A stretch of DNA of 64,000 nucleotides, taken from NCBI GenBank assembly GCA_964016885.1, contig OZ024747.1, positions 74,462,001-74,526,000 on the forward strand, given 5' to 3'. The notes under the pieces are model-generated. The model ran no database searches and was not told where the DNA came from. It was given only the letters and a program-made list of their open reading frames with translations. Both the position numbers and the translations under genes were made by a program. Positions 11,773 through 25,900 of the stretch are shown here, in pieces; positions within the stretch are counted from its first letter, which is position 1; each line of letters opens with the position of its first letter. Source of the DNA: Eledone cirrhosa (lineage: Eukaryota).

Positions 11773-14541
11773 AGGAACAAGTGAGTGAGTGACAAAGACT
11801 GACAGAGATATAGAAATCGAGAGAAAGTGAGATGTGAGGGTGTTACTCTCCAAACAGATGAGTGTTCGTAGCTATAGATTAGCAATGAACCATGCCGCCA
11901 TCCAGCAGTTGGTGGGGAAAAGCAGAGGAAGCGATTATTAACAAAATTAAAATGGTTTTCTTCCATAGTGGACATCTTAGCAATTAGTTCAATTCAGCTT
12001 ATTTCATAGAAAATCTTTCTTTCGTCTACTTTAATACTCTTCATGTGAATCACGTTTCACACTTGTTCTAGTAACATCGCCACCAATATTCTTGAATCGG
12101 CTTTCATATTTTCTTTCTCTCTTTTTCACATATTTTCTTTTTTTTTTCTTTTCCTCCCCCTTTTTTCTTTCTTCGCTTTTTTTTTTTTTGCTATTTCTTT
12201 CATTTTCCGATCTTTTTTCTATTTTCTTGTTTCTGACGTATTTCGTTCTTTGTTTTTTTCCCCTTTATTTTCTCCATTTTTTTCCATCCTCATTTTCATC
12301 ATCAGCACAACCATCATTGTCCTTAATAACGTCGACCGTTATATGAGAATCAGTTAAAGATTTTAGAGCTTAAACCTAGAAATAAGATTTTCACAAAATC
12401 TGAGTTGAAGTGTTTCATTTAATTGAATATCCCGCTACATATGTACTATTTAAACCTCTGCTTCACATAAGATATTCTAAACTTCCGCAATTTTAGACTA
12501 CGCGTCGCCTGACAGTTTAGAAATAGCAGTAACATCTCTCTCAAATGACGCCTTTAAAAAGAAAGTATAAATATAATATAGATCCAGATACACGATATCT
12601 GAACAATAAGACGGGATTATCCGAAATTCAACGCATTTGGACTTAGATTTGCTCGATGAAGACTGGCCTGATATTAAACAACCAAATAGCGATCTAATGA
12701 GCCAGAAAAGATGTCTGTACATAGTCAATAGACTTGCTGGAAATAGAAGCCAAACCTCCCTCAAACCATACATTGTCTTTTAAAGATATTGAGTAAGCTG
12801 TATTTTTGAGATGTATAATTGTCAATTTGATTTTGTGGTCGGATTTGTTGTTATTTTAGTAGCAATGTCTGTTTGTTGTGTAGAATAAATTCAGTGGTGA
12901 TTGTGTTTCTTAAGAAATGTAATATGTGATTTTTTTTATATGTTATGGCAGTGATTTATGATGATTGTGTAGAATCGGTGTCGTGTATGTTTTGTGGAAC
13001 AATCTTTAAAAATTGAGACAAATGGGTTGTGTTAGAAACATTTGTTGGTTATACTATCGAGTGTTTATTGAGTAAATAGTGTTATTTCATTAGATGATTA
13101 CCGTGTAAGGTGTGTGTTATAAGTGTTACGCAGTGAATGTACTGCGAGAGCTCTGCTATTTAATTGAGAGTATTTTGTGTCGGATGGGGGCTATCCCTAG
13201 TAGGTCTGTTTCTAGAACTGATTTTCTTTGTTTTGTGAAGTGTTCACTTTATTGGTACTTCTTTCAGTTTCAACTCAAAATCCTGCTTTTGTCACTTCCA
13301 TTTTTATAACTTTAGGTTGTAATTTGTTTGAGATTTGGTTGACATTTCTAGCAAGTCAGGTCGATTGTTTCCGTTGAAGCTTCCCATATTAGCTAGCTGT
13401 AAGCAGTAGTCTTCTCCGTGTAATTTGATGTGAAATATTTGGGTATTTTGTTGTTGTATGCTGTAATTCTGTAAGGGGTGTGAATGGTCATATCTACAAA
13501 GTTGTTTTAAGCTTTAAAAATTGGAATAGAATAATTATAGATCACTTTCAGGCATGGCTAAACATGGGTTGGTATCTGCATCTGGAAGGTCCCTTACACA
13601 CTCGTGTGAAAGATCAGCAGTCGCCCATACATAATTACATGCCTGCCCTCTCCATGCCACCAATTAAAACACAAAGACCGATAAAGCTTTGCTTCAGTGA
13701 TGGTGCGGGCGAAGTCAGAACGCAAACGGTCGCAGGAGATACAGCATGGTATCTTGTCCGACACTTTAACAATTACAGCATGGCATCTTGTCCGACCTTT
13801 TAACAATTACAGCATGGCATCTTGTCCGACATTTTAACAATTATGCGCAATAAAGGCAGAATAAAGGCATCCTGATCGATAAAATACGAATTAATCGATT
13901 TTTTTTTTCTTTTGGTTATTGCTTTGCTACAATTTTTCTTGCGCTGTGTTGACCAATATTATTGAAAACAATCAACAATTGCCACTATAAATAAAGTAGA
14001 AAATTTGACAGAGAATTCCTAAATGTCATTGTTTAAATCACGGGCTTGAAGTGTGAAACAACTTCATTATATAATGGAAATTGCAACGATAACTGACCGA
14101 TAAAAAACATTATGCTGAGCATTTTTAAGCCTAAATAATCCGAAAACGCCAATATGGTTTTATCCATTTCCTTGAAACCTTTACTAAAAGCAGATAATTC
14201 CCATCAAATTACCTGAAATATCAAGGTTTAGACTTCTCTGCCACATGACATAATTCATTCCAATACTAAATCTAACTTTAAAAATATCTCACAACTCAAA
14301 TATATTTTCTTGTCATTAATCTTCCAGAAAACCCAATTTGACAAGTTAAATTAATTGCCTGGTGAAATTAGTCCTTCAACATTTAATATCATTTCGACAT
14401 CTTCGTTTTTATCAAACATGGTGAATGGAAAATATTTTTTATTATCCTAAACATTAATTCATTCCCTTGTGTAAAGAAATGGATATTTAAACTTTAATCA
14501 ACCGAATTACTACTGCACAACAGCAGCAGTAGTAGTAGTAT

Positions 14542-14609
<68 letters not shown>

Positions 14610-14867
14610 ACTAAATTTGCAACCCTACGTTCAAAATCATTCCGCATTTATCTTAATATTCTATTCCCATCGGAATAATTCATTTATGCCAATATTCTAA
14701 CTTACCATAGGCAGTAACCCTTTCCTATCTATTAAGCAACAAATTAAACCCATAAGTTAAGGGCCGGTTGCTTCTCTGAAAACCTTCTGCTGTGCGGCTC
14801 TTCTGAGTGTTTCTTTCCATTTAAGCGACAAATTAATGTAATTCAAGTATATTATTATGTTCTTAAA

Positions 14868-15062
14868 GGGCGGTGGATCGGTAGTATCGGTAGAGGGTCG
14901 GACGCCACACTTTGATGCATAGAGTTACGGCCCTTTCCATTCTGAGTTCAAATCCCGCCAAGGTTAACTTTGCCTTTCATCCTTACGGGGTCGATAAAAT
15001 AAAGTACCAGTAATGCACTGGGTAATTGCTGGCCTTGTGCCAAAAATAGAAACAATTATTAT
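14868..15062 (+). mobile_element. SINE family A
   Basis: Same head, core and tail as 2179-2399. Confidence 0.9.
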
Positions 15063-17086
15063 GTTCTTAACTGGTAAACTGAATTATCTAATTTCATGCT
15101 CTTGTCCCACTTGAGATAAATTTCGTGGCTCATTTTTATAGCTTTCACAAGATTTATACCCTAAAGATTTCATTATTTCTGTTTGAATTCTTTAAACTGT
15201 TTTACTATCAACATAACAAGTGTTCTATGTATACGGTAATTTAAATCATTGATCCATTAATATATTCCTACTTCAGGGACTCTATCATGATTTACTGATC
15301 CTCATTACCAACGAATATGTGAAAATAATGTTTTGACAATAGTATTTAACACTTCTTTACCGTATTACTAATGAAATAATTTGTATTTTAAATAATTAAT
15401 GAAGATTTTGGGAAGAATTAAGTGAAATTATATTTTCATTATGATATTTGCAACTGTTCTCATATAAAATTATGTTGAATGGTTTTAATTTAAGTAGAAA
15501 CCCTTTGAGTTGGTTGATTGATTTTCTTTCATATAACCAGAGACAGTTTGGGCTGGTGGGTTGGCTGGTATCAAAATAGTTAAGTTAATAAATCATGTTT
15601 GTACATCGAAATACAACTTAGATTATCTGTTTTTTACGTTTGTCGTATTTATCATCTGGATGAATCAAAAAGTAGACTATGTCTATATAAAGAACACTAA
15701 TGACTCTTTTGTGATGTGACGCTGTTTAATTATTCTTTTCTGTTTCTTTATATCCCTGAATTGTATATCAATAATATTAAATGTATTCTCGTGTAAATCT
15801 TGAATTCTGAAAATCCAGAATTAGTCCTAAAACGCTTGATAACTCTCAATTATTAACTGAATGTCATTTTTCTTTTGTTTATTTAATTAAATTCATGATG
15901 GAAATAACTGAACGTAATTTGTAAGAGTTTAATTACATCATGATTCACGCATGGAATACTTTCAGTTGAAGATATTCAAAAGCGTCACACATCTGCCACA
16001 GTAACTGAAGAATTGCTCAAATGAAACATCCCCCCATAAAACGCACAATTATTCCAATATTTGCTTCTGCTGCAGCATTACTCCAACATTAATTCCCAAC
16101 TGGAGCCATATCATTTTTCGAATAATATGGTTCGCTATTAATTTCTCAGCTACACGCCTACATTATTTCCCCTCTTTCTCTCATTCTAATTGCTTGATAT
16201 AATGTAATGTTTGTATACGTCTCTTTATCTTATTCCTTGTTATATTTGTTCGGATTCTGTTGAACAATTATTAAGTACTGTTGTTTTGCTAATCAACTTA
16301 GAAATAAATGATTTCTATGTACTCTGTCATTCGACAGCGTTCATTAAATCTTTTTAAACAACTAAATGCCAGACGAACAGCATTCAATAATTTCGTTAAA
16401 TCATCAAGTAAGTGTACACAGTTACCTCTGTCCAACTTTATATGAGTACATGAGTCACATCATTGATCTACGAGGGCAAGTAGTACTAAACTATATTAAA
16501 TATTTAATCGTTAAACTTTTAAAGATTATTTATTCAGCTTATAAATGAGAAATTGATTTTATTCAACTGTATTTGAATACATGAGAATGAATATAAATCA
16601 TGATTTATCATATGTTCAGCATTCTACTGAATATAATTAGAAACCATTTAGCTGCGTAAAACCTCTCACAGAATCAACAAACATCGGAAGTTAACTACAA
16701 TGTTAAACTTATTTGGTAAAAAGGTACATTGTTAAAGTAAACAATAGACACTCAAAGTTGAGTGTTAAATAATATAGTCCAGTGTTAAATAATATAGTCA
16801 TAAGATGTATTCCAGGCTAGATTGTACTTGACATATAATCTAACATTCGCTATATCTCAATAGTAGTATCCATCAGATGATAATTGAAACAGGATACGGA
16901 ATTAATTATGTCTGTATATTATTACAGTAATTTTTCTGTAATAAATCCCATAATTGAATAGATTCAAGAATGACAGATCCGAAACAGACAATTCATTGAG
17001 AAAACTGTGAGATTCAAGTATTGCATTAAATCATATCATATGACACATTAGATACCAGTATATGATAACTACCATCTGACACACAC

Positions 17087-17189
<103 letters not shown>

Positions 17190-18170
17190 TTCTTGTCTAT
17201 CTATCCATCTATTGATATGTCAATATCTATCTATCTATCTATCTACATATATATATATATATTGGTGTGTGTATGAGCGTATGTGTGTGTGATATGTAGT
17301 ACAGTATAGTATTGTACATGTAGCTTCAGAAACGACGTGCTTTAGACCTTGCTCTGGCAATAAATTGTGTCCCTACAGTATGTTGTATTATTATTCCTTC
17401 CTTTGGAACAATAACACATAATTGTGGATGAATGGAGCTCGATGGGGAGATCGATGAAATCGATCCTATAAATAACTGCAACTCATTTTCACTGACCAAT
17501 CCCGTAGAAATGAAACGCAAAATTAAAACAGAACAAAGTTAGGATGAAAATAATGGCGAAAGTCATTTGGTCCGAATATTTAGCGTGTCTGCCATTTTGT
17601 ACTCCGCTTAGTATTGTGTAGAATATAAGGATATAAATATTACTGTAGTAATTTAGAATCTAACAATTTAAAACTGTGATGTGTTTCAATGGAAGAGGCG
17701 AGCCTAGTAGTATCAATATTATTGGCAATCTATAATGATTACCAAAAGCAAGTTGCATACAAATAAGTCTGGAAAAATGCTTAAAGAATAGATTAAAAGA
17801 TTTATTTTTGTATCCTTTTTTTTATAGAATTTAATGAGTCCTTACAGTTGTTCAATGCCTCCATTGAGAGAGAGTAAACTCACAATGGTTTCTGTTGCAC
17901 TCTATATATAAAGAAACGATCTATAATTGGATGGTAAACAATATTACTATCACTCCCTAGATATAAGCAAGTATTTATGTATGTATTTATGTATGTGTTT
18001 GTGTATGTATGCATGTATGTACGTATGTATTCATATATGTACGTATGTATGTATTTATGTATGCATGTGTTTATGTATACATACATCTATCTGTTAATGT
18101 GTGTATGTATGCATATGTGCATATACTCATATATTTTGTTCGTGAGTCTGTGTCAGTGGCTTATATATAT

Positions 18171-18913
18171 ATAGGAACGAGTAGGACCCCGACGGCTGAG
18201 CTCAAGCCGTTTCGAAGGCTAATTCTGGACTAAATGAACATTTTTATCCTGGTATTTGAAATGCCGAGCTTCTCAGGGGGTAATTCCATATATGGTAAAA
18301 GTGATTGTCACAAGGATTGGTCAAAAGTTTGTTGTTGAGACCTAATAATTCTATCATTTGTGGAGGGAAGGGGTAGCTGAACCTGCCAGTAGAAGAAAGA
18401 GGGAGAGTGGGTGGAGGAAACCCAGTCGTGGTTGATAGTGCCAACCACGGCTGGGCAGGAGGTCAAAGAAGATACTAGGGGGGGGGGAGTCGAAACAATA
18501 CTTATTGTTTCGACTTCCTCCCCCTACCCCTTAGTATCTTCTTTGACCTCCTGCCAGCCGTGGTTGGCACTATCAACCACGACTGGGTTTCCTCCACCCA
18601 CTCTCCCTCTTTCTTCTACTGGCAGGTTCAGCTACCCCTTCCCTCCACAAATGATAGAATTATTAGGTCTCAACAACAAACTTTTGACCAATCCTTGTGA
18701 CAATCACTTTTACCATATATGGAATTACCCCCTGAGAAGCTCGGCATTTCAAATACCAGGATAAAAATGTTCATTTAGTCCAGAATTAGCCGTCGAAACG
18801 GCTTGAGCTCAGCCGTCGGGGTCCTACTCGTTCCTATTACCCACTCTACTACCCTAAGTATTGAGTACTTTGGTGCGTTATGGTCCACCTGGTTCCTTAC
18901 CACATTTCCTTCG

Positions 18914-18915
<2 letters not shown>
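18171..18915 (+). mobile_element. fold-back non-autonomous PLE-like element with hammerhead
   Basis: Near-perfect palindrome (18171-18500 / 18503-18837) plus an unpaired tail at 18838-18915, between (TA)n tracts. Confidence 0.85.
18727..18822 (+). ncRNA. type-I hammerhead ribozyme, variant core (mirror copy 18186-18281, minus)
   Basis: ACCCC-CUGAGAA-G..CGGC[long hairpin]GCCGUC-GAAA-CGGCU[7 nt]AGCCG-UC^-GGGGU; GUC cleavage triplet. Confidence 0.7.
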
Positions 18916-18984
<69 letters not shown>

Positions 18985-19064
18985 CCACTGACACAGACTC
19001 ACAAACAAAATATATGAGTATATACACATAACCATACATACATACACACATTAACAGATAGATG

Positions 19065-19117
<53 letters not shown>

Positions 19118-20163
19118 ATATAAATATATGGTCATATTGTATGTTTATCATTTCACTTAATATGTGTATGAAAGCAAGTTTTAACGATTGAGATGAAAGC
19201 ATGATGGCAAGATGAAAAGAACCAGTTATTGCTGTCGTCCTCGTCGTCGTCGTCGTCGTCGTTGTCGCCGTTATTGTCGTTGTTGTCGTTATTGTCGTTG
19301 TTGTTGTTGTTGTTTTGTATTTTTAATAAATATATTTTAAATATAGTAGAAGCCAATCACGTTGATAAAGAAGCACGAAACAGAGTTGTAATTGAATAGT
19401 GCCATGATAAGAGAAAGCGTCATAAAAACGGACGTCAAAAATAGATTAGGAGGGATTTCAGTGGAGTAGAGGGAAAACATGGTAAAAAACAAGAGATGGC
19501 GACAGAATAGAGAAACGGTGAAATGCTGAATAGAATGGAGCTGCAGATTATGGAAATTGGTGGAGTGATTTTGGTTAGAGATTACCAAAAAGGTAATTAA
19601 AATATACATGGAATGTCATTAGAAGTTCTGCTAGAGAAAAGGAAAGTCAAAAGAAAGGAATATAATATAAAACAAACTATTGTTGAAAGAAAAAATATAA
19701 ATAAATGAGATAGAGAAGGGAAAGAATGGCACCATTAGAGAGATAATATTTTTGACAGTGGATAATGTTTATGGCTAGTTTGACTTTTAAATTTCTAATC
19801 TATCCATATAAAATATCCATTATTTTTATATTTACCTCTCAGACGTGAGAACACACATGAACGCGTACATACATACATCCAATCTCACATGCACACACAC
19901 ACAAAAGGAAACACACAATTGTATATATGTGTGTGTGTGTGAGAGTGTGTGTATGTGTGTGAGTGTGTGAGTGTGTGTGTGTGTGTGCGCTATAGGAATG
20001 TTACGTAGTTATACGTAAAATTATATACGTAACGTTATATAGTTTTGTTGATTTTGTTGGTCTCCTAATATTAAATGTTCAAATGTCACACCGGTTGTCC
20101 ATAATTAAATGTGTATATGTAGTTATGGCTAAGAATTCTTATATGCATTGATTGTGTTCGTTC

Positions 20164-20225
<62 letters not shown>

Positions 20226-20315
20226 GTATGTAAAAGGTAAACAGAAATAACAACATAATAGGTTCAGTATATGGAAGGAATATATTAGGTAACGCTTGAT
20301 ATATCAGGAAGAGAG

Positions 20316-20351
20316 TTTTAACGTTTCGGACTCTAGTCCTTCATCAGAAGG
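20316..20351 (-). ncRNA. minimal hammerhead (mirror 20835-20870 has degenerate core)
   Basis: CUGAUGA-A-GGAC(UAGA)GUCC-GAAAC-GUU. Confidence 0.7.
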
Positions 20352-20579
20352 AAGAATAAGAAATAAGATAGATTGAGGGGACGGACGGGTTGGAATTGGA
20401 AAAAATGTCTTTAGATAAAAATAACAAGATATATATATATATGGACCCTCGAAGAAACAATACCACGCGTACGGCCAGCCCCCTGTATCAAAAAAAGAAG
20501 ATTCTTTTCGGGGAAATTATTGGATTTTTCCAAATTCAAAGGTTTCTTAGGAACTTTCAATGTTTATTTTAAGTTTTAA

Positions 20580-20635
20580 CGTCTGAAGAGCTCAGGCTGT
20601 TATAACCGTTAGGCCTCAGTGAAATATGTATAACG
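20580..20635 (+). ncRNA. hammerhead ribozyme in a nested ~280-bp insert
   Basis: CGU-CUGAAGA-GCUCAGGC...GCCUCAGU-GAAA-UAUGUA-UA^-ACG. Confidence 0.7.
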
Positions 20636-20961
20636 GTGCAGTGAATACACCTGACCAGACAGGTCTGTTAATTGAATCAACTAGAGTTTCGTCGTCGTAA
20701 AGGACCAATGTCAAACAAAATGTATATGTATTATATATATAAATATATATGAATGGACCTCTTATTTTTATCTAAAGACATGTTTTCCAATTACATCCCG
20801 CCCGTCCCCTTAATCTATTTTATTTCTCATTCTTTCTTTTGATGAAGGACTAGCGTCCGAAACTTTAAGACCCTCTTCCTGCTATATCAAGCGTTAACCT
20901 AATATATACCTTCCATATACTGTACCGATTGTGTTGTTATTTCTTTTTACCTTTTACATAC

Positions 20962-21064
<103 letters not shown>

Positions 21065-21097
21065 CATATATATATATATAGAGAGAGAGAGAGAAAG

Positions 21098-21133
<36 letters not shown>

Positions 21134-21597
21134 GTATATGTATATGTAGAAAATATTTGTAAAAAAATATTTGTAGATGTGAAAAAGAAAAAAGGAAAAC
21201 AGTACTAACTCAGAGAAGAGAGTTGATATATTATATTATATTTATGTTCACACACAGAACAAAAGCGCCACCTAAGGTTCGAAGGCCCAATATTGACATG
21301 ATCTTCAGGTGTTTAGAGAAAACACCTGAAGGTTAGGTCACAGTTTTGAGCCTTCCTTCTTACAATCTGGAGATATGGTCAAATATATATACATATATAT
21401 TAGAAAGTGAGGTTTTTTTACAAAATGAAAAATAACCGAGGTGTCCTACACGAGTGAAAGTATAAAGAAAAAAGATGAAATCGAAAATGCAACTGGAGTC
21501 TTATTTAAAAAACATATATATATTCTTTTTTAAATAAGACTCCAGTTGCATTTTCGATTTCATCTTTTTTTCTTTATATATATATATATATATATAT

Positions 21598-21784
21598 ATT
21601 GTTTCTACTTTAGGCACAATGCCAGCAAATACTCAGTACATTACTGGTACTTTATTTTATCGACCCCGTAAGGATGAAAGGCAAAGTAAACCTCGGCGAG
21701 ATTTGAACTCAGACTGTAAAGGGACGTAACTATGCTGGAAAGCATGGCGTCCGACTCTCTACCGATACTGCCAATCCACCGCCA
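21598..21784 (-). mobile_element. SINE family A
   Basis: Reverse complement of the family A consensus. Confidence 0.9.
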
Positions 21785-21807
21785 TATATATATATATATA
21801 TATATAT

Positions 21808-21970
21808 AACGAAGGAAATGTGGTAAGGAACCAGGTGGACCATAACGCACCAAAGTACTCAATACTTAGGGTAGTAGAGTTGGTAATAGGAACGAGTAGG
21901 ACCCCGGCGGCTGTCCAGAATTAGCCGTCGAAACGGCTTGAGCTCAGCCGTCGGGGTCCTACTCGTTCAT
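21808..21970 (-). mobile_element. short fold-back copy of the 18.2-18.9 kb family
   Basis: Tail plus the 3' part in minus orientation (21808-21913), joined head-to-head to a plus-strand segment (21914-21968). Confidence 0.85.
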
Positions 21971-21981
21971 ATATATATTAG

Positions 21982-22190
21982 GGAAGGCGTGTGGCTGAGT
22001 GGTTAGAGAATTGGATTCGCAATCTTGAGGTTGTGAGTTCGATTCCTGGACCAGGCGGTGCGTTATGTTCTTGAGCAAGACACTTTATTTCACGTTGCTC
22101 CTTCTACCCGGAGTTGCGACCGATAGATAGTATTAGCAACTGGAAAAACCATCGAAAACATTGTTACCTCGGTCCGATTTGACGAAAGTC
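21982..22190 (+). mobile_element. SINE family B
   Basis: ggaaggcgtgtggctgagtggttag...gagttcgattcc...ttgagcaagacactttatttcacgttgctcc. Confidence 0.85.
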
Positions 22191-22982
22191 GATCGATATA
22201 TATATAGCATGTATGCTAAAATTTGTACTTGAATTTAATATCAATAAAAGGCATGATTTATTGTCAATACAATACAATAAATTGATTTGTAACTTGTTTT
22301 CTTTTATGTAATACAACGTGTTTGATATAATCATTATCATTATTTATGATGGTTTGACAAATAAATTAAGAGTTCTCTTTATTAAAACAAGAATTATGTA
22401 CATTTTGACGACCGTGCATTAAATTGTAGAAGTTTAAGAAAGATATACTAGACTGAGTATATTTAAGTTGTTGTGTGTAACAATGTTGTCTTAGTGTTTA
22501 TAAATCCTATTACTTATATATCTTAAGATATCTTAAGTCTATCGTTGTATGTAATCCGTCCGTGACTTCACAGTAATGTCATCACTCACCACAAATAGGA
22601 TGATAGAAGATACATCCCTTATCTTCTTAATGTGTTTAATACAAAAGCAAGGTCGTTGTATTTCCATAGGTTTTCAGCTTTATTTTCTATATAATAGACA
22701 TCTGCTATTTCTATGTCAATAATTAGAATGCTATTGTCATTTTTGAAATGGAGAATTATGACAAGCTTTTTATGTGCTACTTGACGGTCTGTCTGTAATG
22801 TTCTATATTATGATCACGTTGTTATTTTCAAACATAGTTGAATTCCACATGTGTTTCACAAGGCATTTTTATGATGCTGTTGAAATTAGTTGGCTAAGAG
22901 AAGGTAGAGCAGCTTTGCTGTGTTACTGCATCTTCAAGTATATTATATTATTATTATCACTATTATTATTATTATTATTATA

Positions 22983-25900
22983 GTTGCATTTATCTTGCTT
23001 TATGTTCATACGAGTTATCACCAAGTCACAACCAGTGACCTCAAGAGACAACAAGGTCCGCCATGTTCAAGAAAGAACATACATACACACACATGCATCT
23101 TTAGGTGTTTAGACTTGTGGTGTACTTATATTGACAGAATCTTCCTTAGTATATGGGCAGTTCCCATTAGTACTATCTTTTGTATTTCTCCTATACGCGG
23201 GTTTCCTGGGATTTGCTAAAAGTAATCATAAGACCCCTAAGGTATCATTCCTAGAGCGCCTACAACCACTGGTATTGTTTTAGTTCTCAATTTCCACATT
23301 TTTCCAATTTCTATCTCCAAGTCCTTATACTTGCTCAATTTTTCAAATGTTTTTATAGATACATTCTTGTCTATTGGAACGGACATATCAATTAGCAGGC
23401 ATACTCTCTTTTTAAAGTCCTTCAGTATTATATCAGTCTATTTGCATCTAATTTTCGGTCTGTTTGGATGATAAAGTTCCACAAGATTGAGATGTGATCT
23501 TTTTCAAGTATGGGAGGTGGTTGACGCTCCCACCAATTCTTTTGATGGGGCAGGTCAAAATGCTTACACATTATCCAATGTATGTATTGTGCAGCTCTGT
23601 CATGCCTGTTTAGGTGTTCGGTTGGAGCTATAGGACTGCACATTGAAATTATATGATCAATGGTCTCTGGTTGTTTTTTTACATACACGGCATAATGGGT
23701 TGCATCCATTTTTTATTATGTTGGCTTGGTAATTTTTTGTTGGCAGACACTGATCTTGTGCTGATATAATCAGTCCTTTAGTCTCCGATTTCAGTCCAGA
23801 GGATGCCAACCACTGATGGGTTAAAGTTTTGTCAACATCAGGATTGTTAGCTCTTTCTGGGTATTTTCCATACAGAGGATTTTCTTGCCATTTCTTAGCC
23901 AGTTTCTGTAGCAGTTCTTTCTTTGCAGTTACTTTTATCTGCTTTGCTTTTCTGCGTTTTCCATTTCAGCAGTAAATGGGACTTCTGAAATTTGTAGTCC
24001 ATTACTGTATCTTTGTGCATCTTTTGTAATGGAGTATGATCTTTTGATGCTTTCGTGTTTCAAAACGAGTTTGATCATTCAATCATGTGATTCCCTTAGA
24101 TATGTAGATAATCCAATTGTTGCAGTTTTCAACGCAATATCTAACTGGGTTAACCAACGTCCTCCTTCTTTCCTAGGGAGATATATTTTATAAGTATCTG
24201 CCTTAGGGTGATGCATTTTGTGCATGGTTAAGAATTTTCTAATTTTTTTATCGAGCCTACGGATCTCTGTGCTTGACCAGTTGATGACATTGTAACTGTA
24301 GGTTACTACTGGTATGGCAAGCGTGTTTATGGCATCGATCCTATTCCTTGCATTCAATTCCGTTCTTAAGATTGCTCTTACTCTTCGGTAACATTCCTTC
24401 CTTATCCTTTCCCTCATTGTCGAGTGCTTGATTCCGTCTCCTTCACAAACGCCTAGATATTTGTAAGTTTCCTCTTGATCAAGTTCTCTTATCACATTCC
24501 CCCGATCAAGATTAATGTCTGAACTTTTCAGCAGCTTTCCTCTGGTGAACGTTGCTTTGGCGCATTTATCTAGTCCAAACTCCATTTTAATGTCATCACT
24601 GAACTGCTCCCCAGTGGATAATAGCCCTTGCAATTTTTCATCATTTTTTGCAAATAGTTTCAGGTCATCCATGTAGAACAAGTGATTAATGGTTTTGTCA
24701 TAGACTTTATATCCATGTTTTGTTTCATTGAGCATTTTACTTAATGGTGTAAGTGCGATTCAGAATAAAACCGGTGATAAAGAGTCACCCTTAAAAATTC
24801 CACAGGTAATATTAACTTCTCCAGCTTCCAGTGATTCCTTTTCACTATTCCATGTCTTCATACTGAATGACAAGAACCTCCTGACAACGGGAGATATTTT
24901 GAAAATCTCGAAACATTTTTCAATCCAACTGTGTAGCAAACTATCGAATGCTTTTTTGTAATCTATCCAAGCAATTGATAGATTTTTGTGTCTATTATGA
25001 CAATCTTCCAGTATCATTTTGTTAACCAAAAGCTGATCCTTACAGCCATATGAGCCTCGTTTACAACCTTTCTGCTCATTGGGAAATAGGTCATTTGTTA
25101 TCAGGTGATCATATGTATATTCAGTTAGGACTGATGTTAAGATTTTATACATTGTGGTCATGCAAGTTATCGGTCTGTAAATTTTGGGATTGTTTGTCTC
25201 ATCATTCTTCGGAAGCAGGAATGTAATGCCGTTAACTATCCATGATGGTATCTTTTCTGGCCCCTTAACTATTGTAAAGTTGGGCTAACAGCTCATGAGA
25301 CTCTGTGAAGGCATTTATCCAAAAATTTGGTATTTTGTCTTTTCCTGGGGATTTCCATTTGCTGGTTTTTCTAAGAGCCAAACGCAACTGTTCAACTGTT
25401 ATATTTTCCCATATTTGTTCCACAAGGTGAGCTATATCTTTCATTTGTCTGTCTATCCATGGGGCATGTATATTAGGAACTTTTTCTTCGGCCCATATCT
25501 TTTCCCAGAATACTTGCACTTCCTCCTTGGGTGGTATTGATTTAGCAGTTATTGTTGACTTACCAATTTTTCTGTAGAAGTTTCTTTGGTTGTTTTTGAA
25601 CATATTATTGTCCTTATAGAATCTAGATCGTTTTTCAAAGCGCCTTATACGAGCAGCTTTGGCCGACACTTTTTGCTTGATTATTTCTATCAGCATATCT
25701 ATGTCACTTGTTGATTTTATACTGTATTTTCTTTTTAATTTTCTAAGTTTAGTTTGTTTAACATGTTCACCTATTTTGTAGTTTGTTAAAATTTCTATGT
25801 CAGATCGGAGAAGGTTTATCTGGCGATTGATGTTCTCTTGCCAAGTAGATTTCTTGTGGGAATTCCTTCGTTTTTTCATTTTCACTCCATATAAGTGAGT

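Larger units (their letters stand above)
20228..20960. mobile_element. diverged fold-back pair of a hammerhead-bearing family
   Basis: Arms 20228-20430 and 20760-20960 are inverted copies; a third copy lies at 52061-52240. Confidence 0.85.

Noticed and set aside
12470-13480. Strand-skewed stretch resembling a decayed LINE on the minus strand
   Set aside because: No recognisable protein motif could be read.
21982-22055. tRNA-like sequence (also 3300-3372 and 11168-11235)
   Set aside because: These are SINE heads continuing into a shared SINE body; no complete cloverleaf.
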